DNA of 64,000 bases from positions 47,988,001-48,052,000 of the forward strand of contig NC_043006.1 in assembly GCF_006345805.1 (NCBI RefSeq), read 5' to 3'. The position numbers and the translations under genes were made by a program. How positions within the stretch are numbered: position 1 is the stretch's first letter; each line of letters begins with the position of its first letter. This document shows positions 40,127-54,332 of the stretch, piece by piece. The notes beneath the pieces are model-generated. The model had not been told where the DNA came from. It ran no database searches and was given only the letters and a program-made list of their open reading frames with translations. The stretch comes from Octopus sinensis (Eukaryota).

Positions 40127-40917
40127 CATACCTACATACACATATTATATATATATTTATAAAATGTGTATGGTGACACACCAGTGGGAATATATTTATA
40201 AAAAAGTTTGAAAACACAACTATATAAGATAAATTTTAATTTTCTTAAGGATTTTACCTGTTTCGGTTCTTCTTAAAAAAACGAACCTTATCAAAAATAA
40301 TTTTAAAAGTTAAGTGTAATAAAAAAGTTCGTAATTGTTTCTTACTAGTCTCAACAGAATCCACGTGGTGGTGTCTTGTATGGGGGAGTATAATGGCTGC
40401 CTTGTGCGTTGACTAGATTCGTTGGCTTTAATTATGAAAAGGACCGGTGGCATATATATGTGTGTGTGTGTGTGTATGTGTGTGTATGTATGAGTGTGTG
40501 TGTATATATGTGTATATATGTATTATATATATGTATACACACACAGACACACACATATATATATATATGATAAATGCTAAACGCTTAACCGCCACTAACA
40601 AACAACTTTGATCTGTTACATTATAGATGGTTATTGTTGATGCTCTGGGTCTCCATGTAGCCATGACGATGCAACAGCTGACCCTCCATTAACAATACTA
40701 GTAGGCCTAACATCACTAGGCCTAAGCCACAGCATCATACTACAAGAACTTCTGTTGGACATTGTCTAAATTTAGATTGTCCCACCCTCACGGCAAGTCC
40801 ACTGTATTATTTATTATCGATTTTACAACATAGTATATAGGATATACATACAGGTACATACATATACACGTATAAAATAATATATGGATATATAGACAGA
40901 CAGACAGACAGACAGAC

Positions 40918-40984
<67 letters not shown>

Positions 40985-41382
40985 ATGTCAATTGCATGTA
41001 GAGAATTTTTTCTTTTTTTCGTTTCACTCTTGCAGCATCACAGAAAATTCTGATGTCTACTAGTCACTGAGGCAGTGAATTTGCCTTTAGAAGTTGAAAT
41101 ATGTCCCGTACCTCCCTAATGAGTAAGGGGGGTTAGTAGTTCTGGATTTGGTGCAATTAGGGTTGATATAGATCTGTATGGGGGTTAGCGGTATCAATTG
41201 AAAGGTTAGTATTGCATACACACATATACATATATTCAAACATTTATTCATATTGAGATATTGCTATGTATATATTACTAATACATTACATTCCTCGTAG
41301 TTAAAAATGATAGATATGAACTCGTGAATTCTTATACGCACACACACACAAACACACACAAACACACGCACACGCACACACA

Positions 41383-41419
<37 letters not shown>

Positions 41420-42153
41420 CATATATATATATATATATATATATAATGGTCATAGAAATAAGGTTTATTTCTATGAGAATATACATTCGGACAATAACGA
41501 TGAATAAGGATATCTTTTCGACTGAAAATTCACAAAAGCCTGGCAGCTAGTACGAACGACGCTGAGCTAAAAGTTAAGATCACCTTACGCATCAAGTTTT
41601 CTACAGAATTGACATGTCATTAATAAATAGACGTTCACCGTGTTTTGCTTCGTTTTTCTGGATAGAATAGAACAGCTTTAGAAACGTGTTGCATTGGATT
41701 TTAAACTACCAGGCGTATATTGTTGAGTTTAAACCCAAAGGTATTTAATGGATATTCATTAAACACAGTATCAATTGTTTGTGCTTTTTATACTTCAGTC
41801 TATTACAGGTACTTATCGTATTCAATAGGTGATATGTGATCGATAACTGGTCGAATCAATATAAATTATCGCTGAATATTGACCAGAAACTACTAACAAT
41901 TTCATTGTGATTTCTATAGAAATATCGCAGTCATCCGTGACAATATCTTTAAACCCAGTGTATGGGAGACGTCAAGCTAAGAATTGATTGGCGATGGCGT
42001 TATTTAAGGCCAGCAATTGAAATGCTCGCCGTGAATGCTTTCCAATCTTCCTTTGTGGAACATCGATTTAAAGGAAAATTGAACTTTATTCATTATATTA
42101 GTTGTTCACATACACAAGCGCATTGTCAAACATACACACATCATATATATCTG

Positions 42154-42238
<85 letters not shown>

Positions 42239-42265
42239 ATATCTATCTATCTATCTATCTATCTT

Positions 42266-42296
<31 letters not shown>

Positions 42297-42344
42297 ATCT
42301 ATATATATATATATGTGTGTGTGTTTGTGTGTATATTTATATAC

Positions 42345-42389
<45 letters not shown>

Positions 42390-42556
42390 ATATTTTAACA
42401 TGTGTATGCTATATAGATATATCTATAGACTCACACAATCATATATACAAAACACGTTATGTGATATGCATATATGTGCGTCTGTATGTATCAATCTAAA
42501 TATGTATGTAACTATGTACGTGTGCATTTATGTATGTATGTAGGTGTATTTGGGTA

Positions 42557-42680
42557 GATGGATGGAGGGATATAAGGATGGATGGGTATAAGGATGGATG
42601 GATGGATGGATGGATGGATGGATGGATGGATGGATGGATGGATGGATGGATGGATGGATTGATGGATGGTTGGTTGGGTG
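42557..42680. repeat. (GGAT)n microsatellite
   Basis: Directly visible. Confidence 0.95.
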
Positions 42681-43179
42681 GATGTGCTTATCACAGCAGA
42701 AGGAAGTAGAAATTAATTGTAGGAGCTTTCAGAGTAATTTTTGTTATGAAACTACGTTTTTCATGTTGCTTCACAGATCACATGATCAGCGAGGGCACTT
42801 ATGAAACAAAGACTAGTAAACGAGACTACTTTCAGAACTATGTTTATAAAGCATACATACATATATACACATACCTACGAGCAAGCGCTCACACACGCAC
42901 ACACACATGCACACACGCACGCACATGCACACGCACACACACACATACACATTTGTGATATATTTCAACAAATTTCAGAGATTTTACCATTAGAGAGTGA
43001 CATTTTTCCATTGTAACTACAGTGAATTTGCCTTTAAAAGTTGAAATATGTTCCATATTTATATGCATGTGAGTTTGTGTGTGTGTGTGTGTGTGTGTAT
43101 GCGAGTGTTTGTATGAGTGTGTGTGTGTGTATTTTTGTGTATGTGTTTATTGATAAATGTATACATGCACATACATATG

Positions 43180-43213
<34 letters not shown>

Positions 43214-43809
43214 GTGTGTGTGTGTGTGTGTGTGTGTATCTACACACACACTCAAACACACACGCACACTGACACACACATATATATATACATACACATA
43301 TATATTTTTTTTTCTTTTATTCTTTTATTCTTTTATTTGTAAGCCTAGTACTTATTCTATCGGTCTCTTTTGGTCACTTTTGGTCATTATCGGTCACTTC
43401 TATCGTTTGTGTATACCCCGCAGTTCTGTTTTGATCTGTCTTAATTCGTGGGGACTTCCGTGGTTAGATTGTAATAATTTACTATGGTTAATCATCAGTA
43501 GATGAAACTTTGATAGTCTCTACATATTTTTAAAATAAACTATTCAGTTTTTGTTGCAGTCTAGAGTTACGCATATATAAGCAAGCACGTACACAGAGAA
43601 TTAGATGCACTCAAGCAAAGACGCTCCAACGTTCCCAAACCCATCCATAGGGATGAAGTTTTATACTAATATAGATTTTAATTTACGAATCACAGAGTCT
43701 GCCGTATATGTCTTCAAAATCGGACACTAATACACAAATATAAATATATATATAATATCTATAGGCATATGCATTTCTGTGAAGCTATGCATATATGTAT
43801 GTATATAAA

Positions 43810-43814
<5 letters not shown>

Positions 43815-43899
<85 letters not shown>

Positions 43900-43900
43900 C

Positions 43901-43994
<94 letters not shown>
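43815..43994. repeat. Long (TA)n tract; other long (TA)n tracts at about 1370-1560, 27826-27946, 39960-40125, 50460-50685
   Basis: Directly visible. Confidence 0.95.
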
Positions 43995-43996
<2 letters not shown>

Positions 43997-44026
43997 TAGG
44001 TAGATAGCTAGATAGATTCATATTAT

Positions 44027-44416
44027 TTTACTCTTTTACTTGTTTCAGTCATTTGACTACGGCCATGCTGGAGCACCGCCTTTAGTCGAGCAAATCGACC
44101 CCAGGAATTATTCTCTGTAAGCCTAGTACTTATTCTACCGGTGTCTTATGCCGAACCGCTAAATTACGGGGGCGAAAGTACACCAGCGTCAGTGTCAAGC
44201 GATGTTGGGGAGACAAATACAGACTCACAAACATATACGCACATACATATATATACATATACACAATATATACGACGGGCTTCTATCAGTTTCCGTCTAC
44301 CAAATACACTCACAAGGGTTTGGTTGGCCTGAGGCTATAGTAGAAGACATTTGCCCCAGATGCCACGCAGTGGGAATGAACCCGGAATCATGTGGTTGGT
44401 AAGCAAGCAACTTACA
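44027..44416 (-). mobile_element. SINE family A, near full length
   Basis: ctcttttacttgtttcagtcatttgactacggccatgctggagc...ggttggtaagcaagcaacttac. Confidence 0.9.
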
Positions 44417-47400
44417 TATATATATATATATATGAATATATAAACATTTATATATACATATATATAGCTATATATATATACATACATACATTCGCACATA
44501 TACACGCCAACACGTACACATACATACAAGTATATATACATAATACATACATACATACATATACATACATACATACATACATACATACATACATACATAC
44601 ATACATACATACATACATACATACATACATACATACATACATACATGATCGTAGAAATACAAGCACATAAGTTATCTTTTAAGTGAGTCAGACGAATCTA
44701 GCAGAGAAAACCGAAAATGAATTTAAGAATCGACCCTTTAAGCCATATGTTTATCACTGCTAAGTATTGACCCTTGGGACACAGTTGCAACAAAAAATAC
44801 ACAAAAATATCTTTCCTTATTCATTTACTCCTAACAATATATACATAGATATACGTATACAAGTATACATACATACATACATACATACATACATACATAC
44901 AAACATACATGCATACATACATACTATGTGTATATATACCCTCCTAAAACGCCTGCTGAGAAACAGGCGCCGACACTTCTACAGACTTGGCTCCTTGTCG
45001 GCATGTGCTATGTAAATAGACTGTGCCAGACGAAGATTTCATTACACGAGTTACGGAATCTTATTTCATTTCTAAACATTTGATGACATTTCGCGATATT
45101 TTCCTTTCGTTGCATTGATGATCGAAGAAATCTTAGTAACGTATTGAAAGCTTGTTTTTACACGTTTTTACTCTATGTTGTTTTTTTGTCTTTTTTGTCT
45201 ATTTCATATTCTTTTGCTGTTGTCTTTTCACACATTACCTGGAGAAGGGCTCCCTAAGGAAACACTCCCATGGGACGTGCCAACAAATAGAAGAAGTTTT
45301 GCTATTTGTTATGCTAACGTATTGCTAATTGGATACTTACTCCATGCTGATTCTTGCTATATCCGCAAAGCCATTTTATGTTGTTTTATCTACTGTTTTG
45401 GGGGGGTTCTTTTTTTTATAAATTTCCTCCCCTTCTTATCTAGCTTAGGAGGAAGTATGTTAGAAATATAGTTATTTCCGTTACTATCTTCATCTGAAGC
45501 GTCAGTCTTTTCCGTTACTACTTTTAATTGTTTCGGCCCAACGTTTATACCTGTAGCCTTTTTGATGGATAATTATTTTTAACCTTAAGCTAACGGCATT
45601 TACCGCGGTACGAAATTCAAAAATCTATTGTTGCTTTGAAAGCTTTAATTAATTCTCTTAAATATTTGTTGTTTTAAACCAATTGTCTACGATTTAACAA
45701 GCTGGAAATGAAAACCTTTAGGTTAATCAGCATGATTTGGAAATATACTGGGTTTGCAATGTTAAATGATAATCTCAAATGATTATATGCCTTTCTTTTT
45801 CTTTTTTTTCTTTCAGAAATACGTGTTTCAGAGAATTGAAGAAAAGAGCTTTTACGAGTTTTGCTAAAAAAAAAAAGGAGTCAAATACCTCTCAATTGTA
45901 ATTTCTTAGGTCTTATTGACTGCATAATGTAGACCTGTATTTTCCACGGAAAAGTATGGATCACAAGAGCTGCTATGTCTTCAATCACAGGTGCTTAACC
46001 AGACCAGAAGGCCAAATCAGAAATGAATGTGTTCATGCAGTAAATTCAAAATAGAAAAATTGTAAACAAAAAAAAAAGCACCAGTTGTTGCTGTTATATT
46101 TGCATCAAACCTCGTTAAGCTAACTTTTATTCCCATGTAATCTTCTAAGACAACCATGTCGTTTTCAAAGTAATACTCGAACATGAGTTTGCAACCATCA
46201 TATATGGATGGATGGATGGATCTGAGTGAGTGAGTGTATGCATGAGTGTTGTTCTGAAAGTAATGAATAGGTCTTTCATGTTACACATTTTGCCACAGTA
46301 GCACTTTCTCTGAACAAAGATACCACTGATTAACTGCTTCCATCACAATCGATGCATTTAGATTCTTGTTCAATCTCATCTTTCGAATACCTATTTGAAA
46401 AATGAAGGTCATCCCTGTTGTACCAACTACTCTCAACTTATCTATGTCATCAAATAGTTTTACTCGAATATTGACTTTTATTGGACCGAACAGTCGGAAG
46501 TAGAAAGGCTCCGGATCAGGAATGAATAAGAGAACAATGACCAGCCAAATATACCAATTACTTGAATTGTTATCAAAGACGTGTGTAGCGGTGAAATGTC
46601 ATGCTGAATGCAAATGTTCTTCACAGCTGGTCTTTTCTGCAAAATGTCTTCTCCATGCTTTTTGAGAGTCAATATATCGCTCTTGGTTCTAGATTCAGAT
46701 ATATTACCGGAAATGAAATACATTAACTCCCTTCTGAATCTCCGAAACAGTAACCATGACTTTCTCTGCCGATCAGTTGTCACGCCAGTGTAGGGACTGA
46801 GTCTTTGTTTCCAGATCATAAATCTAAAGCCAAATTTAAACTTTTGCGACCAGCTTGGTAAAAAAAAAACGTTTTACAATGTTTCGAAGGCTTCAGCAGA
46901 AGTCTTCCACTCTTCTCTTCTTCAAAGCAAGATTGAACTTCCGAAGTGCAACAAGACACAAACTTTCTATAGTAAACTTCTGAAAATTTCAGTAATTAAA
47001 CGTGTCCACCAGATACTTGTGACCCGTCTGTACGCGCAAATCTATTCGTCCACACGTGAGCACTCACCGAGGACTCAATGAGGACACATTACTTCTTCTG
47101 CTTGAGGGTGGGGTCTGTGCACGAGGGGAAGCTACCCTAGCCAACTGTGCAATTTGAAGAACAGAAATCAGTTGACAATAAATGCCCAGTTTTACATTAC
47201 ATTTTCGATATGTACGTACATGCATACACGCATGTAAATATACATACATACATATATCCATATGCGCATGTCTGGACGTACAACTATATGCATAAGAATA
47301 TATAAAACAAAACATACAAACCTGTACATGCACTGACACCAAATACTGCACATATGCACACATGCATGCAAAAATACCCTGTTGACGTTTTTGAAATTCC

Positions 47401-47481
47401 AATTGCAAGAGCCTTAGATCTGGGTTAGAAACCGGCTCTATCACCATTGGCAATAAATCTTGAAATGAAACTGTATAGTAA

Positions 47482-47611
47482 CATACATACATACATACAT
47501 ACATACATACATACATACATACATACATGCATACATACATACATACATACATACATACATACATACATACATACATACATACATACATACATACATACAT
47601 ACATACATACA
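47482..47611. repeat. (TACA)n microsatellite; also at about 9320-9415 and 44545-44646
   Basis: Directly visible. Confidence 0.95.
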
Positions 47612-48797
47612 TGTATCATGTTATCGACGAAACTATCGGATGTTCTTATACATCCCTTGTCACAATGCTCTTTCCATTCTTTTAGCTTTTGAATGACGCT
47701 GCCTCTCTCGCTAGACTCACAGTGTGTGTATGTGTATGTGTTTGTCTGTGTGTGTTTATGTGTGTGTGTATACACACAAAAAGAGAGGTAGAGAGAGGAG
47801 GGGGTAAAGAGATGGAGAGAGAGAATTATGTTGCAGTATAATTGTTTATTGAATAATAACTCAAATGAGCACCCACTGTAATTTGTTCACTGAATTTGAG
47901 GGTCCATGCCCTGGCTTATATATATTTCTATGGTAAAAAGAATTTCGTACTGGGTATTAAGATATGCTAAATTTTTGTCTATATCTTCTTAGTATTGAAG
48001 AATAATTTTAAGTCAGATTATGCCTTCTATTTGATTTCATAGCTAAGGTTGTTTACTTTTTCACGCAAAGATACCTACATAAGATTATTATTCATAAGAA
48101 AGAAGAGATAAGATGTCTAAACCACAGAATATAGTTCTCGGAGATATTCTCTACTATGGCTGCTCTTTCAGTAATATTTATGTGGTTTTTGCTCCATCTC
48201 AAATACCAAAGGCTTCAAAAGGAAAAAAAATTTCAAAGGAAATTGCGTATTTCATGATTCTTTATAAACTTCGAAAATTCTTATAGTTTTCAAAATCACT
48301 GAAGAATTTCTACGAGTACTGTCAGTTTACATTATCATCCCGATATTCATATATCAAATTTCAATTTTGAACTTCAAGGTCTACTAGTTGCAACTGGTTT
48401 CAAATGTTTTACGTTCTACGTTAGTGAACATAGAAAAATGTATGAATACCAATGTATCTCGTTTCATACCATTACAAGTTCCACTGTTTCATTCACCCTT
48501 TTAAATATTTATTAATGGATCACGCTGCATTAGTTTTAAGCTGACAATATTTTTACGCATTTTTTTTTTTTACTTTTTGCATTTGCATTTTTTATATATA
48601 TTTTTAAAGGACAAATGTATTGCCATCATAGAACAAATTCGAATATTTATCTTAAAAGAACGCAAAAAAATTTATTTTATATTTCTCTTTAAACTTCTGT
48701 ACAATTATAGTCACATCTGAAATATTGGCTTCAAAAATAAGTTAACGGGTGAATGTGTAACTAGAAAGTGTAAGAAAGTATACGTCGACTTATCTAT

Positions 48798-48814
48798 TAT
48801 CATTGTTATTATTA

Positions 48815-48863
<49 letters not shown>

Positions 48864-48900
48864 TACTATTATAATTTTATTATTAATATTGTTATTGTTA

Positions 48901-48954
<54 letters not shown>

Positions 48955-48985
48955 TATTATCATTATTATATTATTAATATTGTTG

Positions 48986-49016
<31 letters not shown>

Positions 49017-49032
49017 CATTATTATTATTATT
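48798..49032. repeat. (TTA)n microsatellite; also at 49545-49583, and (AAT)n at 17008-17056
   Basis: Directly visible. Confidence 0.95.
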
Positions 49033-50070
49033 TTCCTTTAACTAAATTTTTCTCAGCAGTTTGGCACAGTTTTCGAAATATAAATAAATACCAATACAGA
49101 TTTTTCCTATTGTTAAACTTATTTTTCTGTAATTTTTTTCCTTTTTTTTTCTTTTTAGGCTTTTCTTTTTTTTTCTTCTCGTTTTTATTTTAAAAATATA
49201 AGATGAATATCAAATTCTACAATCGAAATTCTCTTGAAACAAAAGAATGAATAAAATATTTTCTTTGTGCTTTCAAAAAGATTACAGTTGCTGATTAATT
49301 TTATTCATAACTTATAAAGCTTCATTTCACTGACCAAAATTGCACATCCTCAACTTCTCTTGCTTCGTGTCATGATCGATGGGGATATAAAACTAAAGCC
49401 TCCGATATTCACTTTACACTTGACATAACTTGATTCCTGAATAATTGAACATCACATCTAAAGCATTTGCCGTATTATTTTCATTCTTGTCTGATGGGTG
49501 TTTGCTAACTATAAAACGTCAATGAATAGTTACGGAGAGTTTATATTATTATTATTATATTATTATTATTATTATTATTATTAACTGAACTGTAAAGTAA
49601 ATGCTGATAAAATGTGTGATGTGGATTATTACAATGTGTGTATGGAATAAAAATTTTAGGCTGACGCCCTTTGGGATGATTCTTTTTGTGTCTTATTTAA
49701 CTCTTTATCTTCAGTATTTTTGGTTTCCATTGTCAAATGAGGGATTAGAGAGGACCCGTTATTATGTGAGAGGTGATGTCAATTGTTCGTATTCTTCATT
49801 GCATAATCAATACACTAAACTCTTTAATGTCAGGATTTATGAAACTTTAAATAAATATCTGGTGTGTGCAACAATTGCTGGACTAAATTGTGGCAATTGT
49901 GTAATGCTAAGTAGGGATTTAGTGCTCACTTCAAATCCTGAGTTTACAGGTTCGGTTACAACAGTTTCATCAAAGCAGACTACCCAAAGATGACCTATGT
50001 GAAAATAAGAAACCCTCGGTAATGATGCAAAGAAGCAAATGATTAACGTACACTTATACAATTGTCCTTT

Positions 50071-50462
50071 TCTTTTTTACTTGTTTTATTCATTTGACTG
50101 CGGCCATGCTGGAGCACAGCCTTTAGTCGAGCAAATCGACTCCAGGACTTATTCTTTTGTAAGCCTAGTACTTATTCTATCGGTCCCTTTTGCCGAACCG
50201 CTAGGTTAGGGTGACGTAAACACAGCAGCATCGGTTGTCAAGGGATGTTGGGGTAGAAACACAGACATACAAACATATACACACACATGCATATATACGA
50301 CGGGATTCTTTCAGTTTACGTTTACCAGATCCATTCACAAGGCTTTGGTAGGCCCGAGGTCATAGTAGAAGACACTTGCCCAAGGTGCCACGCAGTGGGA
50401 CTGAACCTGTAAGCATATGTTTGGTAAGCAACCTATTCACCACACAGCCACTCCTACGCCTA
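50071..50462 (-). mobile_element. SINE family A, full length
   Basis: Both halves present; head ...cacacagccactcctacgccta. Confidence 0.92.
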
Positions 50463-50528
<66 letters not shown>

Positions 50529-50541
50529 GTATGTATGTACG

Positions 50542-50665
<124 letters not shown>

Positions 50666-50993
50666 TATATATATATATATATATAATAATACTCACACAC
50701 TCACACACACATACGTGCGAGAGTATGCTGAAAACTTCCTAGCGTTAAGGATATCGGGAAAGGCCTTGTTAGAACCCCAAAGTTATTTTACAGGGCTTAG
50801 AAAAACCTGGAAGACTGTTGCAATAAATGTGTGGATCTGAGAGAGGAATATGTTGAATAGAATCCTAATTAACTGAACTCCTGAATTTACTCTTACTCAA
50901 AGTCAAGAAATATTTAGCATTCCCTTGTTACACCAACATACACAAACATAAATAATATACATACATAATATATCTATATTGATAAAATATACA

Positions 50994-51401
50994 TAGGCGT
51001 AGGATTGGCTGTGTGGTAAGTAGCTTGCTTACGAACCACATGGTTCTGGGTTCAGTCCCACTGCGTGGAACCTTGGGCAAGTGTCTTCTAATGTAGCCTC
51101 GGGCCGACCAAAGCCTTGTGTGTGGATTTCGTAGACGGAAGCTAAAAGAAGCCCGTGGCATATATGTATATATGTGTTTGTGTGTATGTCTATGTGTCTG
51201 TGTTTTCCCCCTCCCTAATATCGCTTGACAACCAATGCTGGTGTGCTTACGTGTCCGTAACTTAGCTGTTCAGCATAAGAGACCGATAGATTAAGTACTA
51301 GGCTTACAAAGAATAAGTCCTGGTGTCGATTTGCTCGACTAAAGGCCGTGCTCCAGCATGTCCACAGGCAAATGACTGAAACAAGTAAAATAGTAAAGAG
51401 T
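50994..51401 (+). mobile_element. SINE family A, full length
   Basis: taggcgtaggattggctgtgtggtaag...gggttcagtcccactgcgtgg...gactgaaacaagtaaaa. Confidence 0.92.
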
Positions 51402-51523
51402 ATGCCTTATATATAAATATATATGTGTGTGTGTGCGTTATTTACATATACACATGTATAAACACATACATACATATGTATATATATATATGTATATATA
51501 TATATGTACATGTATATATATAT

Positions 51524-51577
<54 letters not shown>

Positions 51578-52289
51578 TATATATATCAAGAGAGAGCAAT
51601 ACATATGAGTGTGTGTGTCAAATATCAGCATAGTTTTATCTACAACTCTTATGTTTCTGATTAAACTGTCAAAGATATATTTTATACTGTCATTTCTTAT
51701 TGTGTGCATTTCTCCGTACAAAAGCTACAAGAACAATGTGCATGTAGTTATCAGGAGTGCAGATGCTGTTAAATAACAAAAGCCTTGCACACTCTAACAT
51801 AAAGTATGTTGCTATCATTACATAAGAGGTTATTCGAGAAATATCAGAAGAAACATGTAAATGAAAGAAAGAAAACTGTTTACTCAGAAAAGAGAAATGC
51901 TGAACTGAAGGTGATATTTTATGCATGCTTAGCATTATTTTATTACTTACTAGACGTTGTCTACCAGTACAATAACTGCTAATATGCAGGAGTAGAGGTA
52001 TCGGTGAATTGTCTGCAGGTATAGTTCTTTAGAGGAAGAATCTAGTAATTTCTCACTCCTAGCAAGAGTGGACCTCAAGAACACAATGCTTCCAATGAGA
52101 AAATGTGACATAGCATATATTTTATTTACAGTTTCAAAGAAAGGACCATCGAGAGTTATGTTTGTTGATCACAGGTATAGCACAGGTTTACTTCTCTGTT
52201 AATGTCGTCTATAATAGTTTTAACTAAGAGTATGTTATATTATACATACATACTTACAGACAGACAAACAGATAGATTGATAGATAAAC

Positions 52290-52346
<57 letters not shown>

Positions 52347-52673
52347 GTAGGTAGGTAGGTAGGTATGTAGGTAGGTAGGTAGGTAGATTGGTAGGTAGAT
52401 ATGTTTCTTTATTAGCCACACAGGCTAATAAATTACAAAGTAGAGCTTTTCTTTTTGGGAAGAAATAATAAAAAAATTCAAAAAATAAAAAATAAAAAAT
52501 AAAATGGGTGGGTAGGTTTTCGATCAAAAGTGATTATAGAAAAAGAAAAAAAAACGATCAATAGGGATCATGTATCACAGAAATGTCATGATATAAAGTG
52601 TAAAGGGGGAAACAGATAAGGTTTATCTGTGGAAAGAAAAGCCTACGGAGAAGACCACGGTAGACAGACAGAA

Positions 52674-52724
<51 letters not shown>

Positions 52725-52751
52725 TAGATAGATAGATAGATAGATAGATAG

Positions 52752-52784
<33 letters not shown>

Positions 52785-52791
52785 TGATGAT

Positions 52792-52858
<67 letters not shown>

Positions 52859-52893
52859 AGTAGATATAAGAGTAGATAGATAGATAGATAGAT

Positions 52894-52941
<48 letters not shown>

Positions 52942-53090
52942 TTGTCATGTAGGTTGTGATAGATGACAAAATTATTACAAGTCATAGATATATGGATAAG
53001 AAGCTCGCTTCTTAACCACGTGGTTTAGGGTTCAGTACCACTCCGTGGTTTAATGCAAATACTTTCTAGTACAATCCCAGTTTGTGTGTG

Positions 53091-53432
53091 CCGAGGTTGA
53101 CTTTGCCTTTCATCCTTTCGGGGTCGATAAATTAAATACCAGTTACGAACTAGGGTCGATATGATCGACTTAATCCGTCTGTCTGTCCTTGTTTGTCCTC
53201 TCTGTGTTTAGCCCCTTGTATGTAGTAAAGAAATAGGTATTTCGTCTGCCGCTACGATCTGAGTTCAAATTCCGCCGAGGTTAATTTGCCTTGTCATCCT
53301 TTCGGGGTCGAGAAAATAAGTGCCAGTTGCGTACTGCGGACGATCTAATCGATGTAATCGACTTAATCCTTTGTCTGTCCTTGCTTATCCCCTCTGTGTT
53401 TAGCCCCTCATGGGCAATAAAGAATTAAGAAA
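53091..53432 (+). mobile_element. SINE family B, 5'-truncated, tandem bodies
   Basis: ccgaggttgactttgcctttcatcctttcggggtcg occurs twice, joined through gaaataggtatttcg. Confidence 0.88.
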
Positions 53433-53806
53433 CAAATAAAAGATAGAAAATGAAAGATATAGCGTAAATATGTAGGCGAATTTTTAACTTATATATCGTG
53501 GCTGATTTAAGTTTGTATGAAACTTTTGTCTGTAAATTTTAGCAGATTTAATAACTTCATAAAAATAGATATAAATGTAAAGGCCTTGAATTCCGAAATT
53601 GTGAAATATTCATAGATGGCGTTTATGGCTTTAAATGACTCAAATAATCAAAAATATTAATAATAATTACACAGCAGCTAGCGAGGAATTTATACCTAGC
53701 TCTACAATTATTGTCTCAAGTATATGATCATATATGTGTGCGCGCGCGTATGTGTATGTATACGGATGTGTGTGAATGCATATATATATATATATATATA
53801 TATAGA

Positions 53807-53838
<32 letters not shown>

Positions 53839-53855
53839 AACTAAAAGTCTGTGAT

Positions 53856-54061
53856 TGCTTGCGTGCTTGCTTGCTTGCTGGTTTGGTTTCTCACGTGCTT
53901 GCTTGCGTGCTTGCGTGCTTGCTTGCTTGCTTGCTTGCGTGCTTGCTTGCTTGCGGGTTTGGTTACTCACGTGCTTGCGTGCTTGCTTGCTTGCTTGCGT
54001 ACTTGCTTGGTTGCGGGTTTGGTTGTTCGCGTGCTTCCTTGCTTGCGTGCTTGCTTGCGTA
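53856..54061. repeat. (GCTT)n microsatellite with higher-order structure
   Basis: Anchor ggtttggtt..tc(a/g)cgtgctt at about 53880, 53956 and 54016. Confidence 0.9.
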
Positions 54062-54236
54062 TTTGTCCGTAATTTAATAAAGCTATTGGGCCGCATAATG
54101 GGGAAATAATCTGAAAGTAACGTACCATTCAAATGCGAATACAAATGGAATAAAACAAGTTTCGCGTAAAGCTGACGATGGGCTCCCGAGAAACGCTGTT
54201 TTCTCCGGTTGCTTGGACTACGGGTCACAGGTACTC

Positions 54237-54289
<53 letters not shown>

Positions 54290-54332
54290 TATATATACAC
54301 ATATATATATGTATGTATATATGTTCACAAAT

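Noticed and set aside
44950-45001. Two adjacent short hairpins (cgcctg/caggcg and gccgac/gtcggc)
   Set aside because: 6-bp stems are common by chance; no Helitron CTRR end or ribozyme core.
47622-47665. Minus-strand gtgacaa-g-ggatgt(ataaga)acatcc-gata as a hammerhead
   Set aside because: GAAA is replaced by GATA, position 3 is G, and stem I is absent.
54170-54200. ctgacga-tgggctcccga-gaaacgctg as a hammerhead
   Set aside because: Stem II cannot close with an adequate loop, and there is no NUH cleavage triplet.
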